From Candidatus Omnitrophota bacterium (GTDB lineage Bacteria > Omnitrophota > Gorgyraeia > Zapsychrales > JANLHA01): 64,000 bases of DNA. How positions within the stretch are numbered: the first letter of the stretch is position 1; the number at the start of each line of letters is the position of its first letter. Under the pieces are notes generated by a model. That model had not been told where the DNA came from. It did no database searches and saw only the letters and a program-made list of their open reading frames with translations. Shown piece by piece: positions 9,914 to 19,242 of this stretch. The position numbers and the translations under genes were made by a program. The DNA lies in assembly GCA_023247795.1 (NCBI GenBank), contig JAHFFT010000005.1:8764-72763 (forward strand), in the 5' to 3' direction.

Positions 9914-12900
9914 TTAGAAACGCGTCACGACCGATCCGGTAAAACTCGCGGTCTGATATTCGTTGCTGTCCCAATAATAATCAGCGACAATCTCCAGCAT
10001 CATGTCATTCAAGATCTTCTGCTTAAGCTGCAGCTGAAATTCATTGCCCCGAACAAACTCCCATGACTCTTGGCTTGCCGAGGTGCCGTTGCTGCCAAGC
10101 TGCCGACCGGAATTGAACAATTCCAACGTTCTTACCCAGGAATATTGATAGGCCAGCTCCAATTCTGTCGTATCGCCAAGTGATCGCCGGGTTCCCAACT
10201 GCAAGGAGTGTTCATATTGGTGATCAAAAGAATAGTACTCAACGACATCTTTCTTAAAATCGCGATAGCCCAATTGATATTTGATATCTAACCAGTCTTG
10301 CAAATAGGGCACATCTGTTTTAACCCATGCCGCGACACGATCTTCCTGATTGTCGACCTTGTCATGATATTGATGGACGCTGTTACTCAAACCCCAGGAC
10401 TGACTGGGTTTTATGCGATGTTCATAGACGACGGAATAATTGTCACGCTCAATCAATCCAGAATTGGTTCGGCCAAAATCCTTGGCCACAAATTCGTCGA
10501 GATACAAAGAGACAAGAAAAAAATGTTGGTCTTTCACAAATTTCAAAGAGACCTTGGGATCGATCCTCTGCTCCTCAACAAATGAAAAAATGGAATTGTT
10601 CGTCACATTTTCATAATCATTGACGCCGGCTCCCGCGGCCAGCGTGACAACTTCATTAGGAAAATATTGGAGCTCAAGTTCTCCTTTTTGAACATCCACG
10701 TCATAATTCTTGGTCTTTTGAATACGGTTTTCTTCCCTTTGCAGTCCCGAACTGACCCCACCGACCAAACGGGTCTTTTTTACTATCGGTGTCACAAACC
10801 GCAATCCCTGTTCCAGACTTGAAAGCTGTGTTTCGACCTTTTTGAGATCTTGGTTCACCTCCCGCTCCCTGCCATACGTCACGTAAGAAGTGGCGGTTGT
10901 ATGCGTCACGGGCTTCAAGTCATCCAAATATTTTTTAGCGACGATGTTTTGAGAATCGCGATCTTTGACCTTAGTGAACAACTTCTCCGCTTCCTTTAAT
11001 TTTCCCTCTTTAACTTTCATTTGCGCAAGCTGATTAACAGCGTCCAATTGATGGCTGTCTTTGTCGATCACCGCTCTGAAATTTTCTTCCGCCGCTGGGT
11101 ATTGTCCTTTCTGGGCTTCGGCCTGGGCCAAGGCCAACAAAACATCCTGTTTGACACCCGGCTTTTCTTTAACCATGCTCAATTCACTGATCGCTTCATC
11201 ATAATTTTTTTCCCAAAGCTGAAGATTTCCTAAAATCGTGCGCGCCTCAAGATTATCAGGATTGAGCACCAGGCCCTGCTTGATCGTATCAATGGCTTTC
11301 TGATGCTGGCCGGTCCAGGTATAAAGACGGCCCAGTTGGAATTGATATTCTCCGTTGCCCGGGACCTTTTGCGCCAGCTCTTCCAATAGGCCGATCGCCT
11401 CTGCAAACCGCTTCTCCTTTTCCAATTGATTGACTCGGCGCTCCGTAAGCCGATTCAAAATATCATCCTGCTGTTCGACTTTATCGATCTGCGCTTTCAT
11501 GGCTCTCCTTTTGGGGTCCAGATAATCCTTCAGCTCATCAAGAAAATCTTTGGCAATTTTATTCTCGGCATCGAGTTCGATCATTTTGTTAAATTTTTGT
11601 TCCGCGTCTTTGTAATCTTTATCGGCAAGGGCGATCTGACCAAGATAACGGAGGGCTTCGATATTCACCGGATCCAATTCATAAGCGACCGAAAAATAGT
11701 GCTTAGCCAAATCATCGCGCTGTTCGTTCTGCGCGATCTTTCCTAGTCCGACATAAATCTCGGCGTTGTCTGGGAACTTTTTACGCAAATCGCTAAAGGC
11801 TTGCTTGGCCCTTTGAAAATCCTTTTGCCAAAGTCGTAAATTGGCCAGCATCACTTTGGCATCAAAATGATCGGGATTGATCAAAAGGATTTTTTGAATA
11901 TACCCCGCGGCCTCATCCCACTCTTCTAAACTCGCGTATAATCTTCCTAACTGAAAAAGGTAATCGGTGTTTTGCGAATCCATTTTATGCAGCTCCTGAC
12001 ACAATTCTACGGCTTTTTGATAGGCACCCTTTTTCTCCAGCTCCAATACCTGTTTGAATTTAAAAGCATCCTCTCCACGGATTTGCGTTTCAACCTGATC
12101 TAGGGCACTTTTCAAATCACCCTCACGGCGATCCCGTAGCTGATTCGCCCGGATGGTCGCTTGGTAATGCGCAATTTCTTCGAGAAACTGCCGGGCCGTA
12201 TCATTAGTAGAATCCACACCTACGACCTTTCTAAATATTTTTTCCGATTCTGGATAGCGTTCTTGAATGAAATACAATCGACCCAACTGCGTCAAGGCAT
12301 CCATGTTCTTTGCATCCGAATTCAAAACATTGTTAAAATTTTCTTCGGCCAAAACATACTGTTTGGTTGACAAGTATAAATTCCCCAGCGCCAGATAAGC
12401 TGAGGGATTTTTCTGATCATACTTGAAAACACCTTCAATGAACCCTTTTGCCTCTTCAAAACGATCCTGCCAAATCAAAACACTGCCCAGCAGGATTCGC
12501 GCATCGGTATGCTGAGTGTTTTCAGTTAACACCTTGGCTAGATACTCTTCGGCCTTTTGGTATTCTTCGGTCCAAGCGTACAAACGCCCCAGCTGGAAGT
12601 TATATTCGGTATCATACTCCACGGAAAGACCTAACTCTCGTGACATTTCCATGGCCTCGCGCAACGTCGCCAATGTGTCTATCAAGCTTTGAACATTTTC
12701 CTTTTGCGCCGCACCTTTCTGCGAAATCTTTTGACTGGTCGCGCGATAAACCCGCACATTCAAAAGCTGTCTTTTAATCATGAGATTACCCGTATCTTGT
12801 TCTAAAATCTTAAGAAAAATCGCTTCGGACTCATCCAGCCTCTCCTCAATAAAAAGCAACTGAGCCAGGCGTTTCGCAGCATCAAGGTTATTCGGTTCCA

Positions 12901-15268
12901 TGGCTAAAATTTTGCGAAACAGTTCCTCGGCCTGGTCTTTTTCTTTGAGGTTCCAATGAGCCATGCCCAATTGCAATAACACCTCGGTGTCGTTTGGCCG
13001 TTCTAAGACAACCTGTTCATATTCCGCCTTTGCCTTTTCAAATTCTTGCTGCCAAAAATAAATGTTCCCGAGTAAGCGGCGCGCGTCAGTATAAGCCGGT
13101 GCTAAGCTGATACATTTGCTGGCAAATTGTTCTGCCTCATTCAAATTCTCAAGCCGCAGATAATTCTGCGATAAAAAAAATAAATAATCGGCATTCTGCG
13201 GAAACCGTTCGTAAAGAGCGGTGTATAAACCAATGGATTTCTGATATGCCTGCTCTTCTTCAAAACTTTTTGCCTGCTCTTCGATCTTACCGACAATGTC
13301 CCTGGTGTAAACCTGATCCTTCTCTTCGAAGACCGGAAGTTTCAACCCTTCTGGCTGCTTTTGAGCATCATCGGCGCGCAAGACCTTTTGATATTGCGCG
13401 ACAAAATCAAGATAAGCTTTAATCTCGTTATGAGAAGAGTCCAAAACCAAGATTTGCTTAAAGTGATTTTCACATTTAGCAAATTCCTGCAACTGCCAAG
13501 CAATCCTGCCAAGGATAATATGCAAATTGATGTTTTGCGGGGCGCGCCCACTCTCCTCTTCCAATAGACCCTGCGCCCGCTGATATTCTCCCTTTTCCCA
13601 ATAGACAAACCCGAGGATGTCCAGGGCTTCCGTATTATCCGGAGATATCTTCAGATATTGATTGAGGTATTCCTGCGCCAAATCAAATTTTTGCGAGAAA
13701 TAATACAATTGCCCCAGTTGAAAAAGATAGTCCGAACTCTCAGGAAAAGCTTCATGAAGGGCTTGATAGAGAACAATGGCGCTCTCGTAATCATGCGCTT
13801 CCTTTAATCTCAACGCCTGACACAAGATATCCGGTAGCATCAGAATCGTCATTTGCTTGGGAGCCACAACACCCACGTTGGTGGAAACTCTAGCCGCCAC
13901 TTTATTTTCTTCGTCTTCCTTTTGTAGCTTATAGCGAATGTTTCCCAACTGATTGGCTAAATCAAAATCCCGCGGGTTGACGTCCAGGGCCTTTTTAAAA
14001 TGAAACTCCGCACCCCGCAAATCATTTTTTTGAACCATCAGTTGACCGAGCATCCGATTGGTTTGTTCGTCTTCTGGACTCAATTCCACGAACTTCTTCA
14101 AAAATGCTTCCGCTTTTTCCCACTGTTTCGTCCAAAAATACAGTTCACCCAACGCAAAATGATAGTCGCCCTCATCCGGGAAACGCTGATTCAATTTTTC
14201 ATAAACCTTAATGGCCTTTTCAAAATCCTTTTGCTTTTTATTGGTTAAGGCAAAATTGAGGAATTCAGAAACATTTTCCGATGTGACTTCCTGATTCCAA
14301 TCAAAATTCTTATCGGCCTTGCCCATCTGAAATTGCACAATCCCTAAAAATTTTTGACTTTCATAATTGTTGGGGTCGACCCGCAAACTTTTTTGCAAAA
14401 ACTTTTCCGCCTGGTTGTTTTCGCCCTTCGCGAAATATATTTGCGCCAACATCCGGTAAACTTCCGCGTTCTCACCCACGGCTTCAAGATAACTTTTAAA
14501 ATATCTCTCTGCCCCTACCTGGTCGTTATTCCAAAACGTTTCTTCGGCTAAGTCAAAAAACAGCTGCCCCTCTTTGGGAATCAGTTGATGTAGAAATTCA
14601 AAATATTGCGCGGCCCGCGGATGATCCTTACGTTCCTTGCATAGAAGTGCTGCTTGCATAAGATCGGCAACTTCAAGGGCCTGCGGATTTTTCTTCATGA
14701 CAACCGTTCCGACCGGCCATTTCAATTGATAACGGATCCTTCCCAATTCTTCCGCCAGATCAAAATTCCCGGTCTCCAAACTTAGGACTTTTGTTATGAC
14801 AGCCTCAGCCTTTTCCCAATCATTCAATTTTTGATAGACCTTGGCTACTGCTTTCAAAGCTCCGATATGATGAGGCTGTTTCTTAATGATCTTTTCAAAT
14901 TCTGCTTTCGCTTCCGCGAACTTTCCCTGCCAAAACTTAATCTCTCCCAGCATAAGACGGCTATCCAGATAGTCAGGATCCAATTCTAAACATTTGTTCA
15001 AATGCGTTTCTGCCAGTTCGTATTCCTTCTGCCAGGCGTACAGCCGGCCAAGATGAAAATAAAATTCCGCGTTGTTTGGCTCAAGGCCGATAAGTTCTTT
15101 AAGTAATTTAACCGCCTCTTGATAATTTCTTTGCGATTCAAACTCCAATGCCTTCTGATAACTGACCGTGACGTAATCCAATTTCTGCGCCCAGGAAAGG
15201 GCCGGCCCCAAACTGAACTGGAACAAAAATAGAAGAAGAAATTTACTAATGGTTTTTTTTGAGATCAT
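9914..15268 (-). CDS. Giant TPR protein with signal peptide and probable C-terminal outer-membrane beta-barrel (PgaA/BcsC/YaiO-like exporter)
   Basis: Signal peptide ending about ALSWA; about 1450 aa of TPRs; about 330 aa of amphipathic beta-strands ending in Phe (SVVTRF). Confidence 0.75.
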   Translation of the reverse strand: MISKKTISKFLLLFLFQFSLGPALSWAQKLDYVTVSYQKALEFESQRNYQEAVKLLKELIGLEPNNAEFYFHLGRLYAWQKEYELAETHLNKCLELDPDYLDSRLMLGEIKFWQGKFAEAKAEFEKIIKKQPHHIGALKAVAKVYQKLNDWEKAEAVITKVLSLETGNFDLAEELGRIRYQLKWPVGTVVMKKNPQALEVADLMQAALLCKERKDHPRAAQYFEFLHQLIPKEGQLFFDLAEETFWNNDQVGAERYFKSYLEAVGENAEVYRMLAQIYFAKGENNQAEKFLQKSLRVDPNNYESQKFLGIVQFQMGKADKNFDWNQEVTSENVSEFLNFALTNKKQKDFEKAIKVYEKLNQRFPDEGDYHFALGELYFWTKQWEKAEAFLKKFVELSPEDEQTNRMLGQLMVQKNDLRGAEFHFKKALDVNPRDFDLANQLGNIRYKLQKEDEENKVAARVSTNVGVVAPKQMTILMLPDILCQALRLKEAHDYESAIVLYQALHEAFPESSDYLFQLGQLYYFSQKFDLAQEYLNQYLKISPDNTEALDILGFVYWEKGEYQRAQGLLEEESGRAPQNINLHIILGRIAWQLQEFAKCENHFKQILVLDSSHNEIKAYLDFVAQYQKVLRADDAQKQPEGLKLPVFEEKDQVYTRDIVGKIEEQAKSFEEEQAYQKSIGLYTALYERFPQNADYLFFLSQNYLRLENLNEAEQFASKCISLAPAYTDARRLLGNIYFWQQEFEKAKAEYEQVVLERPNDTEVLLQLGMAHWNLKEKDQAEELFRKILAMEPNNLDAAKRLAQLLFIEERLDESEAIFLKILEQDTGNLMIKRQLLNVRVYRATSQKISQKGAAQKENVQSLIDTLATLREAMEMSRELGLSVEYDTEYNFQLGRLYAWTEEYQKAEEYLAKVLTENTQHTDARILLGSVLIWQDRFEEAKGFIEGVFKYDQKNPSAYLALGNLYLSTKQYVLAEENFNNVLNSDAKNMDALTQLGRLYFIQERYPESEKIFRKVVGVDSTNDTARQFLEEIAHYQATIRANQLRDRREGDLKSALDQVETQIRGEDAFKFKQVLELEKKGAYQKAVELCQELHKMDSQNTDYLFQLGRLYASLEEWDEAAGYIQKILLINPDHFDAKVMLANLRLWQKDFQRAKQAFSDLRKKFPDNAEIYVGLGKIAQNEQRDDLAKHYFSVAYELDPVNIEALRYLGQIALADKDYKDAEQKFNKMIELDAENKIAKDFLDELKDYLDPKRRAMKAQIDKVEQQDDILNRLTERRVNQLEKEKRFAEAIGLLEELAQKVPGNGEYQFQLGRLYTWTGQHQKAIDTIKQGLVLNPDNLEARTILGNLQLWEKNYDEAISELSMVKEKPGVKQDVLLALAQAEAQKGQYPAAEENFRAVIDKDSHQLDAVNQLAQMKVKEGKLKEAEKLFTKVKDRDSQNIVAKKYLDDLKPVTHTTATSYVTYGREREVNQDLKKVETQLSSLEQGLRFVTPIVKKTRLVGGVSSGLQREENRIQKTKNYDVDVQKGELELQYFPNEVVTLAAGAGVNDYENVTNNSIFSFVEEQRIDPKVSLKFVKDQHFFLVSLYLDEFVAKDFGRTNSGLIERDNYSVVYEHRIKPSQSWGLSNSVHQYHDKVDNQEDRVAAWVKTDVPYLQDWLDIKYQLGYRDFKKDVVEYYSFDHQYEHSLQLGTRRSLGDTTELELAYQYSWVRTLELFNSGRQLGSNGTSASQESWEFVRGNEFQLQLKQKILNDMMLEIVADYYWDSNEYQTASFTGSVVTRF

Positions 15269-15272
15269 GCGA

Positions 15273-16700
15273 TCATAAATCCTTATCCTTGAATCCCTCC
15301 CGTTTGATGCTCCCCCACGATCGATCTCCTCGAAAAAACTTCCAAAAGGCTTCCAACTTCCAAAACATCTGCAACTGATAATAAGTGATGCTCTCGATGA
15401 CTGCGCAAACCACCATCTTTAGAAAATCCCTAAAATACCGGTATCGTCGGAACGTCACCTCCTCAATGATGATGGCAAAAAACGACAGAGATAAGGTAAA
15501 ACCCAGTGTGAGCGCGAAGAAAAATAAAATGAACCCCATGTCAAGAACATGCAGATAATACCCCAAGGCAATCATGAAATAGGAAAACAGCTGGATCACG
15601 GGATGAAGCATTTCAAAAATGGCGTAAAAAGGAAATGAAACCATTCCAATGGCACCGTAACGGGGATTGAACAACATCCCCCGATAACGCCAGATCGTAT
15701 CAATCAACCCTCGGTGCCAGCGCTCACGTTGAGTTCGCCACCCAGACACATTGAACGGCACTTCAGTCCAGGCCGCAGGATCAGGAATGAATTGCACGTT
15801 GTATTCTTTTGACAATTTACGCATGTGATGATGAATGCGGACAATCAGTTCAATATCTTCTCCTACCGTATTCGTCAAATACCCGCCGCACTCAACGATC
15901 GCGTCTTTATTAAAAAGCCCATAGGCTCCAGAAATAATGACGGCTCCCCCCAAATAATTCCAACCCAATCGGCCAAAGAGAAAAGCCCGAAGGTATTCAA
16001 CAACTTGGATCGCCGGCAGGATTTGCCGCGGGAACCTGACCTTGATCATTTGTCCAAATTGGATTTTGCAGTCATTGGCCACCCCGATACAGACTCCCGC
16101 GGCCGTTCCCTTTTTGATTAAAACCGGCCGGATCATATGAAGCAACGCGTCCTTTTGCACAATGGTGTCAGCGTCGATGGTTAAAAAAAATGGGGTGCGG
16201 CAAATATTGATTCCGGCATTGAGCGAATCGGATTTACCGCCATTTTCTTTATCAACAACCAGCAAATTGGGAACATTTTTTGAGTGATAAACATTCTTTA
16301 CCTTCTGGGTTTCCAGCCTTTTTAAAACCGCGGGTTCGATATAAACCAAATCAAAAGCTTTTTTAAGGATCTCCAGCGTTCGATCGGTGGAACCGTCATT
16401 GATCACGATGATTTCAATCGCCCGATAATCAATGGTTAAAAGCGAACGGACATTTCCAACAATATGCACCTCTTCGTTATAAGCCGGAACTAGAATCGAA
16501 ATTGGGGGCAAATCGACTGAGGACAACAATTTATCAAAATCTTCCAATTCCAGCAGGCGAAACCGCTGATAGATGACGATGAGCGATAACGAATACAAGA
16601 TGAGATAAAAAAAATTGAGCAACGCAAAATAAAAAAGGCAACCTAAATTGATGGCGTAAATAAAATTAAGAAGCGACTCCGACACCTTTGATTTCTCCAT
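15273..16700 (-). CDS. Processive GT2 polysaccharide synthase (PgaC/IcaA-like)
   Basis: VPAYNEE, INDGSTD, ENGGKSDSLNAG, DADT, GEDIE, QRERW; N- and C-terminal TM helices. Confidence 0.9.
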   Translation of the reverse strand: MEKSKVSESLLNFIYAINLGCLFYFALLNFFYLILYSLSLIVIYQRFRLLELEDFDKLLSSVDLPPISILVPAYNEEVHIVGNVRSLLTIDYRAIEIIVINDGSTDRTLEILKKAFDLVYIEPAVLKRLETQKVKNVYHSKNVPNLLVVDKENGGKSDSLNAGINICRTPFFLTIDADTIVQKDALLHMIRPVLIKKGTAAGVCIGVANDCKIQFGQMIKVRFPRQILPAIQVVEYLRAFLFGRLGWNYLGGAVIISGAYGLFNKDAIVECGGYLTNTVGEDIELIVRIHHHMRKLSKEYNVQFIPDPAAWTEVPFNVSGWRTQRERWHRGLIDTIWRYRGMLFNPRYGAIGMVSFPFYAIFEMLHPVIQLFSYFMIALGYYLHVLDMGFILFFFALTLGFTLSLSFFAIIIEEVTFRRYRYFRDFLKMVVCAVIESITYYQLQMFWKLEAFWKFFRGDRSWGSIKREGFKDKDL

Positions 16701-17733
16701 GTTTGATCACATATTGAGCCATTTCGTAAGCAAACCGATCCCGCTGCGGATCCTGACTCTTTAGCACTGCCAATCCCTCATTTCCCAAATTGAGCAAAGC
16801 CGCCGCGGAGTGCATTCTCACCCACCAGCGAGAATCTTTAAGGCTTTGAGTTAAATCGAGGATAGCCTGTTCTGCCTTCAACTGCCCCAGGGCTTTTGCT
16901 GCCGCGGCCCGCACCTCCCAATATTTGTCCTTTAACAAATCCGTCAACATTTGCACCGAAGCGGGTTGGGAACAAAATCCAAGAACCTTGGCCACCGCGA
17001 TCCGTACCTCCATATCAGGAGAATATTTGTCGTGACCAATGTAATTCACAATCGCATCGTCTTCTTTAAAAGCCAAAAGCTGCATACAGACAATGCGTTT
17101 TTTATCATTCTTTTCAGTTAACAGCCGCTCCTTAATATTTGAAAAGACCCCTTCGCTGGCCTCCCTTAAAGCATCTTTGTATACATATTTTGCGAATCTC
17201 GCCTCCCCTGCCATGCTATCAATCAACTGATTTACCAACAATTTGCTTCCCAGTCTCACCGCGCATAAAATCGCTTCGTGCCTTACTAATGGGATCGTGT
17301 CTTTTAACAATCTGAGAATATGTGCCTCATCGCGCGGCTTGGTATCCAACAAAAAGACCCGTACCGCCAGAAGCCTTTCGGTAAACTTCACTTTATTCGT
17401 CAGCATCCTTGCCTGTGGCAAAAGGAAATCATCTAAGAGAATGCTTTCTATGACGGGCCAATAGGAGCCGGGCTGTTGTTTTTTCAATTCTTCCATGACC
17501 GGTAAAAGGCACGCCACCTTTATATATTTTTTCGGCAATTGCTTGAGGTTAAACTTCGCTTCCTTTCTTAAAACAATTTCCAACAACTTCTTGAGTTCCC
17601 TTTGCTGTTGCTTTCGCGTTCGTTTGATCAGAAACAACCGAAAACTGAAAAGAAAATACCCGCAACCAATCAAGACGAGGGATGCCCACTGCAAAAGCAG
17701 GGCCAAGGTCAGAAACTTGTATGGATTATGCAT
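16666..17733 (-). CDS. Membrane-anchored HEAT-repeat protein
   Basis: N-terminal TM helix; repeats such as LLKDKYWEVRAAAAKALGQL and LKDSRWWVRMHSAAALLNL. Confidence 0.85.
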   Translation of the reverse strand: MHNPYKFLTLALLLQWASLVLIGCGYFLFSFRLFLIKRTRKQQQRELKKLLEIVLRKEAKFNLKQLPKKYIKVACLLPVMEELKKQQPGSYWPVIESILLDDFLLPQARMLTNKVKFTERLLAVRVFLLDTKPRDEAHILRLLKDTIPLVRHEAILCAVRLGSKLLVNQLIDSMAGEARFAKYVYKDALREASEGVFSNIKERLLTEKNDKKRIVCMQLLAFKEDDAIVNYIGHDKYSPDMEVRIAVAKVLGFCSQPASVQMLTDLLKDKYWEVRAAAAKALGQLKAEQAILDLTQSLKDSRWWVRMHSAAALLNLGNEGLAVLKSQDPQRDRFAYEMAQYVIKHGEIKGVGVAS

Positions 17734-17742
17734 GCTCCCGAC

Positions 17743-19077
17743 TCAATTTCTTAAAATTGCTCGTTCAATAAAACTCGCGATCCTCAAGCTGTCATGTCGG
17801 ATGAGATCATATTCATGACCCACGTTTGACACATGAAGATTCGCTGCCGTCACCTTTTTGATTTGTTTCACGTCACCAAGAACAACCGGCCGCTGCCCCA
17901 TGGCCGAATACTTTTGCAGGGCTTCTCCCGAGGGCTGAGAATTGGAAAAAATGACATGATCCAAATGGTCGCCTTTCAAATATTTGATGATTTCGCTGAC
18001 ATGATCGTGGCCGTCAAAGTCAGGTGTTTCGCCAGGCTTTGTCATCAGATTGCAAATGTATAAAATTTTTCCCTTGGTAAAAGCAATGGCCTGACGGACA
18101 TATCTAACCAACAGATTGGTGATCACGCTGGTGTAAAGGTCTCCCGGACCGAGGATGACGACCTCCGCGCTTAAAATCGCGACAACCACATCCATATCGC
18201 AACTCGTGGGAGGGTTATGCCATAACCTTCTTATTCTCAAATTGAGATCACGTGATTTTCCTAGATCGATATTGCTTTCTCCTTTCACGATCTTTTTATT
18301 TTCAAATTGAGCGCAGAGCGTCGTCTGCGTAGTGGTGATCGGCAAAATGATCCCTTGAATATTCAAAATTTCACAAAGGCTTCTAACTCCGTCTCTTACT
18401 GATCCACTCATATCAGCCAAGGCCGTAAGGATAAGATTTCCAAAATTGTGTCCCTTCAGACCCCTTCCTTTCTCAAAACGGTATTTCATCAATTCATTCA
18501 AAATGTCCGGGGCGTTGGACAAAGCCACCAGACTGCGACGGATATCACCGGGCGGCAAAATTCCAAAAGAAGACATCAATCGACCCGAAGATCCCCCATC
18601 GTCGCTGGTGCTCACGATCGAGGTCAAATGAACGTCTTGCAGTGTTTTCAATCCCAGTAAAAGATTGAAAAGACCAGTCCCCCCGCCCAGACAGGCAATC
18701 CGCCGTTTCCGACGTAGATAGGCGTCAATCCTTGATAAAACTTCTCGTTCATGAAAAGGCCGTATGAGAAAATCAACAGCACCACTTTGAAAAATTTTAA
18801 GGATATGATTGAACGATTTATTGGAAGAGATAACAAGGAATTCATTCTCGGATTGGCCCAGCCAACGATATACAAGATCTTTTTCTTGCCTCCCTCCCTT
18901 GAATACATAATCATCATCGAAAATGATGGCGTTCGGACGATGATCTTTAATTTTTGTTTGCGTTTCTCGTAAATTTTGAACAACGACGATTGAAAGATTG
19001 TATTGCAATTTGGCAAGCAGTCCTAAAAAAATATGCACCGAATTTTTATCACCAATCACCATAACATGTTTGTTCAT
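17743..19077 (-). CDS. Receiver (REC) domain fused to YvcK/GlmR (UPF0052, CofD-like) UDP-GlcNAc-binding domain
   Basis: Residues 1-120 REC-like (PNAIIFDD, GAVDFLIRPF); then LGGGTG, SDDGGSSGRL, PPGDIRR, GHNFGNL, LGPGDLYTSV, NLMTKPGET, IRHD. GGAGGG RBS. Confidence 0.85.
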   Translation of the reverse strand: MNKHVMVIGDKNSVHIFLGLLAKLQYNLSIVVVQNLRETQTKIKDHRPNAIIFDDDYVFKGGRQEKDLVYRWLGQSENEFLVISSNKSFNHILKIFQSGAVDFLIRPFHEREVLSRIDAYLRRKRRIACLGGGTGLFNLLLGLKTLQDVHLTSIVSTSDDGGSSGRLMSSFGILPPGDIRRSLVALSNAPDILNELMKYRFEKGRGLKGHNFGNLILTALADMSGSVRDGVRSLCEILNIQGIILPITTTQTTLCAQFENKKIVKGESNIDLGKSRDLNLRIRRLWHNPPTSCDMDVVVAILSAEVVILGPGDLYTSVITNLLVRYVRQAIAFTKGKILYICNLMTKPGETPDFDGHDHVSEIIKYLKGDHLDHVIFSNSQPSGEALQKYSAMGQRPVVLGDVKQIKKVTAANLHVSNVGHEYDLIRHDSLRIASFIERAILRN

Positions 19078-19242
19078 GGCCCCTCCGGCTAGATTTATAT
19101 CAATTTTAGTATTATAAGCTGACCTTTTTATTAAATTAAATCCTATTTCAACTTTTTAAGCGTAGACATGGCCCTTCAGACAAATACTTCCCATTTTTCT
19201 TAATCTTTGCTAGAATTCAATAATTCAAATTTCTAAGGACCC

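Noticed and set aside
19078-19242. LexA/SOS box upstream of recN
   Set aside because: No convincing palindrome of the CTGT-N8-ACAG or GAAC-N4-GTTC type; only AT-rich promoter-like sequence.
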